Shown: positions 38,746 to 48,786, counted from the stretch's first letter. The stretch: 64,000 nt of DNA from an uncultured Planctomycetaceae bacterium (GCA_964449435.1 CAYUYR010000003.1:45614-109613), one strand, 5' to 3'. The notes: generated by a model from the letters alone, not told the origin. Translations and numbers: made by a program.

Positions 38746-39617
38746 TTAAGACCCCTCTGCGTAATAATTTTTTCAAGCTTGCGTTCTGCAATTTTGCAGT
38801 ATTCCCTGCTTATGTCGATTCCTATGTAATTACGTTCCAACTGCTTGGCAGCAATTGCAGTTGTTCCAGAACCTACAAATGGATCCAGAACTATATCATG
38901 TTTTGCAGAAAATAACTTGATAAACCATTCAGGCAAAGGAAGCGGAAAAGTCGCGCTATGATTCCGATTTGCACATTCTGTTGCAAGATAAAGTACATTT
39001 GCCGGATAGGCTTTATCTCTCTTGAGCCAATTTGAAATATTTTTGCCGAAACCGCTTTTTACTTTAGACTCGTCTCTAATTTTGTCTGTATCACTTAAGT
39101 TACGAAGTCTTGTTTTGGCCCAATCTCCCATTGGAACCATTACTTCGTCCTGAAACATTTTAAAGTTCTTTGTTTTGTTAAACTGTAAACATCTTTCCCA
39201 TGCATCCCTGAAACGATTTGGCCATTTACCAGGATAACAATTCTTTTTATGCCAAACAAATTCTTCCGTCCACAGCCAGCCTTGTTTTTTCATTTCAAGT
39301 ATCAATTCAATCACATAAGTATGACGCTGACCGGCTACAACTCTTTCTTTTATGTTCAAAATAAAAGTCCCATCGGGTTTGAGAACTCTTAAAAATTGTT
39401 CAGATTTTGGCAAGAACCACTCTACAAACTTATTTGGATTTACTCCCCCATAAACATTTTTACGTGCTTCGGCATATGGGGGGGAGGTTATTATCAAGTC
39501 GATACAATTGTCAGGAAACGTCCGCAAAACTGTCTCATTATCCCCGCATATTATCGTATTTTGTGGGACTTTTACTTTCATAACATCCAATGTTTGTCGT
39601 ATTGCTGTATTAAGCAT
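38733..39617 (-). CDS. Beta-class N4C/N6A DNA methyltransferase
   Basis: IITSPPY before VLDPFVGSGTT; HSATFP; SPPY suggests m4C. Confidence 0.93.
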   Translation of the reverse strand: MLNTAIRQTLDVMKVKVPQNTIICGDNETVLRTFPDNCIDLIITSPPYAEARKNVYGGVNPNKFVEWFLPKSEQFLRVLKPDGTFILNIKERVVAGQRHTYVIELILEMKKQGWLWTEEFVWHKKNCYPGKWPNRFRDAWERCLQFNKTKNFKMFQDEVMVPMGDWAKTRLRNLSDTDKIRDESKVKSGFGKNISNWLKRDKAYPANVLYLATECANRNHSATFPLPLPEWFIKLFSAKHDIVLDPFVGSGTTAIAAKQLERNYIGIDISREYCKIAERKLEKIITQRGLKWKS

Positions 39618-39712
39618 CTATTCTTTATATTCTAAATCTTAAATTCTTAACAAAATTATATCCCTCTTCCTTTTAAACTCAACTGAAATAATTTTATAAT
39701 TAGCCAGATCAC

Positions 39713-40222
39713 TTACTTCTTTACCACTCCGCCAAGTATATGTCCTGAAGCGACGGAATACAGTCTGCCTTTCGGTTTAGTATTTATGTGGCAGGCGACG
39801 ATTTTTCCGACGAAGATTATATGGTCGCCGGCGGCCTGTTCGCTTTCGAGTGTGCATTCGAAATTCGCCACGGCGTCATCGATAATAACCGAATCGATTT
39901 TTTTAGCGTGGCTGATTTTGCATCCCGTCTCGGCGAATTTATCGCAGTCTCTTCCGCTATGCGTGCCGAAAAACATCGCCAGCTCGGCCATATCTTCGCT
40001 CGGATAGACTACCGTAAAGCATTTGCTTTCTCTTATGGCGGCGGTTGTGTATCTTTTCGGCGTCAGGGCAATAGCGAGCATCGCCGGGCTGCCGCTGGCG
40101 AGCATTGTCCAGCCGATTGTTACGGGATTGGCCTTGCCGTTTTTGTCTTTGGCGATGGCAAATACGATTTGTTCCGGATATTTGGTCTTGATTGCCTCGG
40201 CGTAATCGGCTTTTTTCTGCAT
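39713..40222 (-). CDS. Flavin reductase-like family protein
   Basis: NPVTIGW, GTHSGRDCDKF, ANFEC, GDHIIFVG. Confidence 0.9.
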   Translation of the reverse strand: MQKKADYAEAIKTKYPEQIVFAIAKDKNGKANPVTIGWTMLASGSPAMLAIALTPKRYTTAAIRESKCFTVVYPSEDMAELAMFFGTHSGRDCDKFAETGCKISHAKKIDSVIIDDAVANFECTLESEQAAGDHIIFVGKIVACHINTKPKGRLYSVASGHILGGVVKK

Positions 40223-40238
40223 TTTTATCTCCTAAATT

Positions 40239-40327
40239 TAGAGAAGTAAGGAATTAAGGAAATAAGGATGCAAGGACAGCTATACTTGTTTTCCTTGCTT
40301 CTTTATCTCTTTATATCTTTACTTCCT
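40239..40327. repeat. Inverted pair of octamer tandem repeats
   Basis: gtaaggaa ttaaggaa ataaggat gcaagg...ttccttgc ttctttat ctctttat atctttac. Confidence 0.7.
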
Positions 40328-40411
40328 TTTGAAATAAAATTGTTCCTTTGCAAACGATTAAATACTGATTAGAATTATATTGCTTAAGCAGTTGATGGCA
40401 AGGAGTTTTAA

Positions 40412-41221
40412 ATGGCTAAAATTGGCTTTATCGGCGCCGGCAATATGGCCGAGGCGTTAATCAAAGGCGTTATCGACGCCGAAGTTTACAAATCCAAAGA
40501 TATAGCTATCAGCGACATCTGTCCGCAGCGGGTAAAGGCTCTTTGCAAGAAGTACGGCGTAAAATCCGCCGCCGATAATTGCAGGCTCGCAAAGACGGTC
40601 GATGTTCTCGTTTTGAGCGTCAAGCCTCAGAATATGGCCGATGTCTTGAAAGAGATTAAAAATGCTGTCGGTAAAAATCTTTTAATCGTTTCCATCGCCG
40701 CCGGTATAACTACAAAAAAAATTCAAAAGGTTCTGGGCAATATCGCCGTCGTTCGTGTGATGCCTAATACGCCTGCTTTGGTTGGCGCAGGCGCATCGGC
40801 GATATATGCGACGAAAAAGGCCAAGGCCAAAGTGAAGAATGTTTTACGTATTTTTTCTGCTGTCGGTCTTGCGGTCGAGGTCGATGATGAAAAACTTATG
40901 GATGCTGTAACTGCTGTAAGCGGCTCAGGGCCTGCGTATTTCTTTTTGCTGGCCGAGACTATGCTCAAGGCCGCTCATAAATTGGGATTGAAAAAAGCGA
41001 TAGCTCAGAGACTTGTTTTGCAGACGGCCAAGGGTGCTGGTCTGCTTGCTGTCGAGGCGGCAAAGGATGGGAAAGGGCCTGATGTTTTACGAAAAATGGT
41101 TACATCGCCAGGCGGTACGACCGAGGCTGCGATGAAGGTTTTTGCGAAGCGTAATTTTGAAAAGACGGTATTGCTTGCCCTTTGGTCTGCGGCCAATAGG
41201 AGCAAACAATTATCCCATTGA
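40412..41221 (+). CDS. proC: Pyrroline-5-carboxylate reductase
   Basis: GFIGAGNM, VKPQ, SIAAG, RVMPNTP, SGSGPAY, VTSPGGTT. Confidence 0.97.
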   Translation: MAKIGFIGAGNMAEALIKGVIDAEVYKSKDIAISDICPQRVKALCKKYGVKSAADNCRLAKTVDVLVLSVKPQNMADVLKEIKNAVGKNLLIVSIAAGITTKKIQKVLGNIAVVRVMPNTPALVGAGASAIYATKKAKAKVKNVLRIFSAVGLAVEVDDEKLMDAVTAVSGSGPAYFFLLAETMLKAAHKLGLKKAIAQRLVLQTAKGAGLLAVEAAKDGKGPDVLRKMVTSPGGTTEAAMKVFAKRNFEKTVLLALWSAANRSKQLSH

Positions 41222-41233
41222 TAATCGAGTTCT

Positions 41234-41416
41234 TTACTCGACTTCTATTGCCTCGACGGGGCATTCGTCAGCGGCTTGCTGGGCGGCGTCTTCGAATTGT
41301 GGTGGTACTTGCTCGACAACGACCTCGGCTATGGTATCGCCCATCTGAAAAACTTCCGGACAGGTTTCGACACAGAGCCCGCACGCTGTACAGCTGTCAT
41401 CTATTCTAACTTTCAT
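41234..41416 (-). CDS. Single-cluster ferredoxin
   Basis: MKVRIDDSCTACGLCVETCPEVF...ECPVEAI. Confidence 0.93.
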   Translation of the reverse strand: MKVRIDDSCTACGLCVETCPEVFQMGDTIAEVVVEQVPPQFEDAAQQAADECPVEAIEVE

Positions 41417-41484
41417 ATTTTCCCTCCAGTCAAAATAAGACCATATTGAAAAAGCTGAACAATGCTGCATAGAAATAAAAATAA

Positions 41485-41579
41485 GGCCGGGTTTTCCAGG
41501 CACAACCGAAATTCATACTTATGGCTGCTTACTTCCGTATCTGACCAAGTTCGTAGATTCGGATAGTCTGGGCCCGGCC
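41485..41579 (-). ncRNA. ffs: Signal recognition particle RNA (small SRP)
   Basis: Terminal stem GGCCGGG/CCCGGCC; domain IV motif GTCAGATAC-GGAA-GTAAGCAGC; adjacent to dnaX; TACAAT -10 upstream. Confidence 0.9.
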
Positions 41580-41699
41580 AAAGGTATTGTAGCGGATTGA
41601 GGGCAAAAGACAAGCCTCAAGGCCGGTAAAACAAATCAATTTGACTAAAGCTCATCAAGGCTTTATTATGGCTTTTCACGGTTTTTAAACGGAGAAAAA

Positions 41700-43334
41700 A
41701 TGGCTTACACGGTACTGGCGAGACGATACCGCTCACAAAAGTTCGACGATGTGGTCGGACAAAACGCAATCTCACAAACACTAAAAAACGCGATAAAAAC
41801 CGATAAAGTCGCTCATGCATATCTTTTTACAGGGACACGAGGCGTCGGCAAAACGACAATGGCCAGAATCCTCGCCAAATCGCTAAACTGCCTCTCAAGC
41901 GAAACACCGACAGTCGAGCCGTGCCTTAAATGCGACAGCTGCACGGCTATAAACAGCGGCGAAGATATCGACGTTATCGAAATCGACGGAGCCTCAAATA
42001 ACAGCGTCGATGACGTCAGAGAGCTTCGGCAAAACGCAATTTATCGACCCGCAAGGGCGAGATTCAAAATCTATATCATCGACGAAGTACATATGCTCAG
42101 CACCAACGCGTTCAACGCACTTTTGAAGGTTTTGGAAGAACCGCCGACACACGTCAAATTCATCTTTGCAACAACCGAACCAAATAAAGTCCTTGCGACA
42201 ATCCAGTCACGATGCCAAAGATTCGATTTTGCCAATATCAGCGCAAACGATATCATCGGCCAGCTTAAAAAAATCCTCACCGAAGAGAAAATCAAGTTCG
42301 AAGACGACTGCATAATCGCACTGGCAAGGCTCGCCAACGGGTCAATGCGGGACGGGCTGAGCCTGCTCGACCAGATTATCAGCGCAGGGATTCAGCCATT
42401 AACGGTAAAAATGCTCGAAGAACTGCTGGGCCTCGCCAACAGCGAAAAGATATATCAGCTTCTTGAAAAAATCGGGGCCGCCGACGCGGCAGGGACACTG
42501 CAAAGTGTGGACGAACTGCTCAACAGCGGACTGAACTGCACCGGACTGCTCGATGCGATTATCCAGAGCCTTCGCGATATGATGATTCTTAAGGCGGCAC
42601 AATCGTCATTGGTAATCCTGACCGAAACCGAAAAGAAAAGACTGACCCAAATCGCAGAAGATTTCGATATACCGAGCCTTGTTTATAATATCGCGATATT
42701 CGAGAAACTCCGCTGGCCGCTCAAGAACAGCGATAACCCCCGCGCACTATTGGAAGCAGCACTGCTGAGAGTCGCTTTGGCAGAACATTTTATGAGTATC
42801 CCCGACCTGCTGGGAGCCAAAACAAGCGGCAGCTATTCTGCTGAGAGGTTAAAAAAAAACGCTTCGGTAATTAACAAACCTTTGAATAGCCAGCATGAGA
42901 AGGTTTCTGCGCCGCAGGAGCCGGTTGTCGAAGGCGTTTCAAATATCGAACAGCTCAAAGAAAACTGGGGCAAAATAACAGGCTCAATCACAAACGCGCG
43001 AATAGCGGAACTTCTTAAAAAAGCGGTTCCTCTGAAATTTGCCGGCAATCTTTTGGCGCTCGGATTCGGCTCAAGCGATGAATTTACGATGAAACTTTGC
43101 CAGGGCAACGGCAGGGCGGAGATAATTCAGCAGGTTTTATCGCAGGCGACAGGAGCGAAACTAAAAGTGAGTTTTGAAGCGATTGGCGGGACTTCGCAAA
43201 ATCAGCCAAAGGCTAAACCCCGCGGGGCAAAGGCAAGCAAAAAGGTGAGGGACGAGGCGGCAAACAGCCCGATTATAAAAACAGTTCTGAACGAACTCGA
43301 AGCGAATATTATTGATGTTGAAGAACAGCAATAA
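41700..43334 (+). CDS. dnaX: DNA polymerase III subunit gamma/tau
   Basis: LARRYR, GTRGVGKTT, Zn Cys motif, EIDGASN, IIDEVHML, TIQSRCQ, GSMRD. Confidence 0.97.
   Translation: MAYTVLARRYRSQKFDDVVGQNAISQTLKNAIKTDKVAHAYLFTGTRGVGKTTMARILAKSLNCLSSETPTVEPCLKCDSCTAINSGEDIDVIEIDGASNNSVDDVRELRQNAIYRPARARFKIYIIDEVHMLSTNAFNALLKVLEEPPTHVKFIFATTEPNKVLATIQSRCQRFDFANISANDIIGQLKKILTEEKIKFEDDCIIALARLANGSMRDGLSLLDQIISAGIQPLTVKMLEELLGLANSEKIYQLLEKIGAADAAGTLQSVDELLNSGLNCTGLLDAIIQSLRDMMILKAAQSSLVILTETEKKRLTQIAEDFDIPSLVYNIAIFEKLRWPLKNSDNPRALLEAALLRVALAEHFMSIPDLLGAKTSGSYSAERLKKNASVINKPLNSQHEKVSAPQEPVVEGVSNIEQLKENWGKITGSITNARIAELLKKAVPLKFAGNLLALGFGSSDEFTMKLCQGNGRAEIIQQVLSQATGAKLKVSFEAIGGTSQNQPKAKPRGAKASKKVRDEAANSPIIKTVLNELEANIIDVEEQQ
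42850..42859 (+). other. T-A9 putative slippage/frameshift site in dnaX
   Basis: GAGAGG TTA AAA AAA AAC; both shifted frames stop within a few codons. Confidence 0.6.
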
Positions 43335-43730
43335 AGAGTATAAGAGCAGAAGGGCAAAAGAGCATAAGAGGTAAGGAAGTAAAGAAGCAAGGAAATCAGA
43401 TTATCAGGGAATCAGCACCGTAAGGTGTCCTTCGGAGGGTGCAGGGAATAGAGAGAAAGATAGGAAATCAAAAATCAAAGATTAAATATCAAAATGACCC
43501 CGATAAGATAGCCGAAGCGTCATCTCACCCCGATACGAATTGCAAAAGTGCAATCCTACAGGGCAGGCCGGGTAAACTCCGACACGAAGCAAATTAGACG
43601 CTGATTTCGCTGATATATTCAGCCACAAGAGCACAGAGATTTTTAGGCGCGAATTAACCCCAATAAGGTGCTCCTGCTGCAGGCCTATAGGGTACAGGAA
43701 AGACGATAAAGGTTCCAGGAACTATTATTT
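43335..43730. repeat. Intergenic mosaic of short tandem repeats and palindromic elements between convergent genes
   Basis: Octamers (gtaaggaa), heptamers (aaatcaa), nonamers (gcacagaga-like), caccgtaaggtg-tccttcgga hairpins, nested element at 43497-43581. Confidence 0.75.
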
Positions 43731-45116
43731 CTATCTGATTCCCAGCCTTTGGGCTTCGTCTTCAAGGCCGTATTTTTTCATCTTCTTATAAAGGGTCGTC
43801 CTGTTGATTTGCAATGCCTGTGCGGTGAGCTGTCTGTTCCAATTGTTTGCCTCAAGGGCAGCCCTGATGATTTTTCTTTCAGGCTCGGATATCGCATCTT
43901 TCAGACTTGCTTGCGCAAAATCGACCGGTTCAGCACTTGGAATATGAGAAATTATATTCGCAGGCAGGTCTTCTAAAGTAATATGGCCTGTTTTACTGAG
44001 AAGAACAGCTCTTTCAAGCACGTTTTCAAGTTCGCGGACATTGCCCGGCCAATCATATCTCTGCAAAGCCTCCATCGCACGGTCGGTAATTCCCAATTTT
44101 GCACGGCTGTGCGATATACAGAAATTTTTCATAAAACGCACAGCGAGCAGCGGAATATCGGCAGGTCTTTCGTTAAGGGCGGGAAGATTTATCGTTATAA
44201 CGTTGAGCCTGTAATATAAATCCTCTCTGAATCTGCCTTGTTTTACTTCTTCAACCATATTCTTATTGGAAGCGACGATAACACGGGTATCGACATTGAT
44301 GGTTTTGTTGCTGCCGACCGGCTCGAATTGTCTTTCCTGTATTACGCGCAAAAGTTTGACCTGCAGCGAAGGCGAAGCGCTTGATATTTCATCGAGGAAA
44401 ATAGTTCCGCCGTCGGCGGCGAGAAACTTGCCCTGTTTGTCGCTGATAGCGCCGGTGAACGAGCCTTTTACGTGGCCGAACAGTTCGCTTTCGAGCAGCG
44501 TTTCCGGCAGTGCGCCGCAGCTTACCTCGACGAAAGGCTTGTCTCTTCTTCCTGAACGGAAATGGATTGCCCTTGCGAGCATAGTTTTTCCCGTGCCGCT
44601 GGCGCCGGTCATAAGGACAGTGCTTCTGCTGTCTGCGACGGCCTCGACGAGGTCGAAAATCCTCGCCATTTTGTAGTCCTGACTGATTATGTTTTCGAGA
44701 CTGTACTTGCGTTTGAGCTGGTTCTTGAGATTTTCATTTTCGCTTATGAGCAATTGCTGTTTTAGCGCCCTTTCAATCGTAAGGCGCAGTTCGTCATCGA
44801 CAATCGGCTTTGTAAGATAATCATAAGCGCCCAATTTGATAGCTTCAACTGCGCTTTCGATTGTTCCGTAACCGGTAATAATAATTACGACGGTTTGCGG
44901 ATGATTTTTTCTGATTAGATTGAGCAGTTCGAGTCCGTCTCCGTCCGGCAGGTTCACATCGTTGATGACGAGCGAGAATTTCTGTTTCTGTATCAGGCCT
45001 GCCGCCTGTTTATACGATTCTGCGCCGGCGGTGCTGTAGCCCTCGAGTTTGAGAAACTCGCACAGCGAATCGAGGATTATCCTGTCGTCATCAACAATTA
45101 AAATATTTTGTTTCAT
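43731..45116 (-). CDS. Sigma-54-dependent response regulator (NtrC family)
   Basis: REC (VDDD, D, TG, KP), [45 protein letters not shown], Fis HTH. Confidence 0.96.
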   Translation of the reverse strand: MKQNILIVDDDRIILDSLCEFLKLEGYSTAGAESYKQAAGLIQKQKFSLVINDVNLPDGDGLELLNLIRKNHPQTVVIIITGYGTIESAVEAIKLGAYDYLTKPIVDDELRLTIERALKQQLLISENENLKNQLKRKYSLENIISQDYKMARIFDLVEAVADSRSTVLMTGASGTGKTMLARAIHFRSGRRDKPFVEVSCGALPETLLESELFGHVKGSFTGAISDKQGKFLAADGGTIFLDEISSASPSLQVKLLRVIQERQFEPVGSNKTINVDTRVIVASNKNMVEEVKQGRFREDLYYRLNVITINLPALNERPADIPLLAVRFMKNFCISHSRAKLGITDRAMEALQRYDWPGNVRELENVLERAVLLSKTGHITLEDLPANIISHIPSAEPVDFAQASLKDAISEPERKIIRAALEANNWNRQLTAQALQINRTTLYKKMKKYGLEDEAQRLGIR

Positions 45117-45123
45117 ACTTTGT

Positions 45124-46215
45124 TCACCTGTTAATTGGCAAATATATTGTAAAGATGCTTCCGGAATTAGGTGTATTTTCGGCTATGATTTTGCCGCTGT
45201 ATTTTTCGATTATGTCCCTGCATATAGCAAGACCCAAACCGGTGCCTTTGCCTGTTTTTGTCGTAAAGAACGGCTCGAAGATTTCTTCGCTGTTTTCCGG
45301 CTCGAAGCCGGGACCCGTATCACTAAATTTTATAACCGCAACATTGCCCTCCGGGACATCCCAACTTACGGTTACTTTTCCGCCGTCCGGCATCGCCTCG
45401 ACAGAGTTTTTCAGCAGATTGCAGAATACCTGAAACAAATTTCCGCCTTTAACCGTCGGCAGAGCCAATGGATACTGCCGGTCTATCTCTACCGCTGACG
45501 CCTTTGCCGCAGGCTCGATAAATTTGATTGCATCGTCGAGAAGTTTGTCGATAGGAGTGTCTTCGAGAGACGAATAGCGGTTGCGTGAAAATTCGAGCAG
45601 TTCGGTGATAATCTGGACCATTCTTTTTAGCCCGTCGCCGGCGTGTTCGAGATACTCTACCGGTTTCGGCAGATTTGCCTCGCTGATGGTTCTTTTTGCA
45701 AGGTTGATATACCGCATTATGCCGTCGATAGGATTGTTCAGCTCGTGAGCGACTTTGCTTGCGAGCTTTCCCATAACGGCGAGCCGTTCGGTATTTGCCA
45801 TTTGTTTTTGTGCGTTTGCCTTTTCAGTAATGTCTTCGAGCAGCAGCAGTCCGCCCTGTATGACGCCGTTAAGGCCGTCGGTCAGCGGCGCACAGGTTAT
45901 CTGCAAAACAGACTGCTTATCGTTTTTGCGGTAAGCTACGTTGTCAAATCGGTGGATTTTCCCGATTTGGACGACTTGGCCGAGCGTTTTTTGCCAGTCG
46001 CCCCAGATTTTTTCGTTTGTTCCCGCCGCCAGAGAAGTGTCAATGTTTAGCTGAAGGTCGAGCAGCTCGACAGCGATTGGATTTGCGTTTACCGTTTTGA
46101 GCAGCTTGTCGAAAACGACAACGCCGATAGGCAGCGATTGCAGAATAAACGGGGCAAGAACGGCATTCGTTTCTTTGTCGGCAACAGGATGCTTGTTGGT
46201 ATTTGGCATAAACAT
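45124..46215 (-). CDS. Soluble PAS-domain sensor histidine kinase
   Basis: PAS N-terminus, [36 protein letters not shown]; no TM. Confidence 0.93.
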   Translation of the reverse strand: MFMPNTNKHPVADKETNAVLAPFILQSLPIGVVVFDKLLKTVNANPIAVELLDLQLNIDTSLAAGTNEKIWGDWQKTLGQVVQIGKIHRFDNVAYRKNDKQSVLQITCAPLTDGLNGVIQGGLLLLEDITEKANAQKQMANTERLAVMGKLASKVAHELNNPIDGIMRYINLAKRTISEANLPKPVEYLEHAGDGLKRMVQIITELLEFSRNRYSSLEDTPIDKLLDDAIKFIEPAAKASAVEIDRQYPLALPTVKGGNLFQVFCNLLKNSVEAMPDGGKVTVSWDVPEGNVAVIKFSDTGPGFEPENSEEIFEPFFTTKTGKGTGLGLAICRDIIEKYSGKIIAENTPNSGSIFTIYLPINR

Positions 46216-46218
46216 AGT

Positions 46219-46248
46219 ATTATAAGAGATTTAAACGGCTTCTGTCAA
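46219..46248 (-). promoter_or_regulatory. Sigma-70 promoter of the HK-RR operon
   Basis: TTGACA-N18-TATAAT a few nt before the start codon. Confidence 0.65.
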
Positions 46249-46255
46249 GCAGTTA

Positions 46256-46273
46256 TGTTGCGAAAAATCAACA
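46256..46273. promoter_or_regulatory. Putative bEBP binding site (UAS); second copy at 46407-46424
   Basis: TGTTG-N8-CAACA palindrome; related TGTTGCGGTTTTTAAACA. Confidence 0.55.
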
Positions 46274-46539
46274 ATGATGTTTCGGTATATCGGTCGTTTT
46301 TTATATATAAGATGTTTATATGTCAGGCTTTATGGGTTTTTGTTTAAAAAATGAGATATTGATGTGGATTTTAAGGCAAACATTTTTGCCGGAAAATAGA
46401 GGTTTTTGTTGCGGTTTTTAAACAATTTTGGCTAAATTCACAACTTCCCAAGTTTAAAATTCGCGGCGGAAATCCTATAAGTCTATATTTTAGCTATGCT
46501 TAAACGTGTTAATATGGGGCATTTCTGATATAATTTTTT

Positions 46540-46555
46540 TGGTATATTATTTGCA
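46540..46555 (+). promoter_or_regulatory. Sigma-54 (-24/-12) promoter of the PilZ gene
   Basis: TGGTATATTATTTGCA = GG-N10-GC. Confidence 0.65.
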
Positions 46556-46615
46556 ACAGTCCTATAAGAACGAAAGTGTTGGCTTTTTTATTAATATTAA
46601 AGGCAGGGAAGTAAA

Positions 46616-46960
46616 ATGGGAGGGGAAAACGACAGAAGGAAACACAGGCGGCTGCTTGCCAGGATGGGGATATTGTGCCGTAAAGTCGGCACGATGGATG
46701 AGAAGGCATTTGTCGGCAACAGCGTCAATATCAGTCCCGATGGCCTGTTGATTGAAAGCGGTCAGGAAGCCGCTATGGACACCGGCGACCTTTTCAATGT
46801 TGAGCTGGATATACCTCGTGTTGACAGGGCCGACCAAATCGGCGGCAAAGTTTCGGCTTATGCAAGGGTTGTCAGGATAATTGAGCCTCGATCCGCTCAG
46901 AAAAGCAATAAAAAACAGGTGGCGTTTCAGTTCTGCAGCCGGCCGCAGTTCGATGTTTAG
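46616..46960 (+). CDS. Stand-alone PilZ domain protein
   Basis: RRKHRR (RxxxR) and NISPDG ((D/N)xSxxG); ARVVR; VAFQF. Confidence 0.85.
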   Translation: MGGENDRRKHRRLLARMGILCRKVGTMDEKAFVGNSVNISPDGLLIESGQEAAMDTGDLFNVELDIPRVDRADQIGGKVSAYARVVRIIEPRSAQKSNKKQVAFQFCSRPQFDV

Positions 46961-47021
46961 TTTTATCGGTTATAATTGCTGCCGTTGACATCCCGCCTTA
47001 TCGGTATTAGTATCGAAAAAT

Positions 47022-47819
47022 ATGAATACACTGCGATATTTCTATATTCTGTTATTTCTTGCTGTGCTGATGTTCGGCTGTCAGGAAGGTCAGGGCGGGG
47101 GGAAAACGAGGATTGCAGATATTATTTCCAAAGACAGTTTAAATGAAAATACAGCGGCCATTGGCCTGTATTTATATGTATTCGAACTCGACAGAGATAA
47201 CTATCCTGCGGTGCTCGATGTTTTGTATGATATTAACGGTGTGCCCATTGAATATAAGGATTTCGAAAGTTTTGCCGGAAACGGACTGGTTAGTTGCGGC
47301 GGGGATATAGAAACATGGACGAAGCTGGCGCAAATTTTGGTTGACTCAAAAGCCAAACCTATCAAGCGTACAATTGCTTATATCAATGACGGTATCAATG
47401 ACGATATCGTACTGGCTGTTTTGGACAAGCCCGGCTCTGCCAGTTATCGACAGAGCGGCAGCGACTCAATCGGAATCGGTTTGCCTGCCGGAAATGTTTC
47501 TTTACGATTTAATACAAAGCCGCTGAGCGGTCTTAAACAAATCCGCAGGGTAAATATAACGCCGGTTTACAAGGCCGAAATAGCTCCGGACAAGAAACAA
47601 ATGAGCGGTAAAAAACAATCCGTGTTATGGGAATTTCCATTCAGTTTGACATCCCTTTCCGTATCCCTGCGGCCGGGACAGTTTGTCTGTATAGCCGCAA
47701 ACCCCGCGAATTTCCCGCAGCAAGGTCCTGAGGCAATAGGGCAGATGATGTTTTGCTCCAATAAATCCAAACCTGTCATAAGATTATGCCTTGTGGCCTG
47801 CAGTCTCATAAATGATTGA
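47022..47819 (+). CDS. Hypothetical lipoprotein
   Basis: Lipobox LMFGC; upstream TTGACA-N17-TAGTAT. Confidence 0.7.
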   Translation: MNTLRYFYILLFLAVLMFGCQEGQGGGKTRIADIISKDSLNENTAAIGLYLYVFELDRDNYPAVLDVLYDINGVPIEYKDFESFAGNGLVSCGGDIETWTKLAQILVDSKAKPIKRTIAYINDGINDDIVLAVLDKPGSASYRQSGSDSIGIGLPAGNVSLRFNTKPLSGLKQIRRVNITPVYKAEIAPDKKQMSGKKQSVLWEFPFSLTSLSVSLRPGQFVCIAANPANFPQQGPEAIGQMMFCSNKSKPVIRLCLVACSLIND

Positions 47820-48120
47820 TTATCAACTCTCAAAATCACAGGAGAACGGTTAGCAAAGAGGAGAACAGGAGAAGAGATTTCCTGTTTCCTCGGCTTTGTC
47901 GGCATCGGCAAACAGGGGGTTTGCTTGTGGAAAACAGGTGGAAAAACCTTACACGGATTAATTGTAAAATCTTTTCATATTTTTTGCTAAAATTCCTTAT
48001 AAAAACTTTACCAATTGGCCGATAGCAATTATAGTGGCGGTGCAGCCAACAAATTCAACTCCGTCATTGGCGGAAGCGAGTAAGGAAGGTACTAAAACAG
48101 TTTTTTAACGGATTAAAAAT

Positions 48121-48672
48121 ATGCCGACTCGGCCGCGTGAAGCGAAAATACTGATATATCTTGTGGTTTCTATGACGATAGGAGCGGCACTGCTGATGGC
48201 ATTGGACAGCCAGTCCATATCGGCGGGAGCATTCAGCCTCGCCAGCTATTCTTCGCTCGGCTCGATTCCATCGGTTGCGCAGACCCGTCAGGCTGCGACA
48301 GCCGAGAGGTGGGACAGAATCGAGGTATTTTACAGCAATACCAAAGGCGGCGACCTCGCCCAGCTTGCATCTCTCCACGGCCTTACAAGTCCGGACGACC
48401 TTAATTTTCATTTTCTCGTCTGCAACAGCCTCGGCGCGATGGACGGACAGATACAAACGACGGAAAAATGGCTCAATCAGTGGTCGGCTCTGCCCGGCGC
48501 AGCGTGGTACGGTAGCAGCAAAACAATTCGAATCTGCGTGATAGGGGAAAGCAAAAGAACGTCCGCTTCGGATTATCAGATAAGCAGAACGCAGGAATTG
48601 GTGGACGCCCTAACCAGAAAATTCGATATCGAGCGAAACAGCGTCAGCTATCCGGCGGGCTGGCAACTGTAA
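48121..48672 (+). CDS. Membrane-anchored Amidase_2/PGRP-like protein, apparently lacking Zn ligands
   Basis: WDRIEVFYS, FHFLVCN..GAMDGQIQTTEKW..Q, IRICVIG, Q....ELVDAL..KFDI. Confidence 0.65.
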   Translation: MPTRPREAKILIYLVVSMTIGAALLMALDSQSISAGAFSLASYSSLGSIPSVAQTRQAATAERWDRIEVFYSNTKGGDLAQLASLHGLTSPDDLNFHFLVCNSLGAMDGQIQTTEKWLNQWSALPGAAWYGSSKTIRICVIGESKRTSASDYQISRTQELVDALTRKFDIERNSVSYPAGWQL

Positions 48673-48786
48673 TCTTGACTCGTCCTGTTTTTATTTTTCT
48701 TCAGCCAGTTGTCTAATCACATCAAATAACGCCTGAGTCCTGTCTTTGCCTCTGCCTTGTTTCTGCAGAACGGATAATAATCCCCT

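Noticed and set aside
41485-41579. Hairpin next to dnaX as a novel RNA
   Set aside because: Explained as SRP RNA by the domain IV motif and the common ffs-dnaX linkage
43335-43730. CRISPR array
   Set aside because: Repeats are short, degenerate and heterogeneous, with no constant repeat-spacer period; no cas genes
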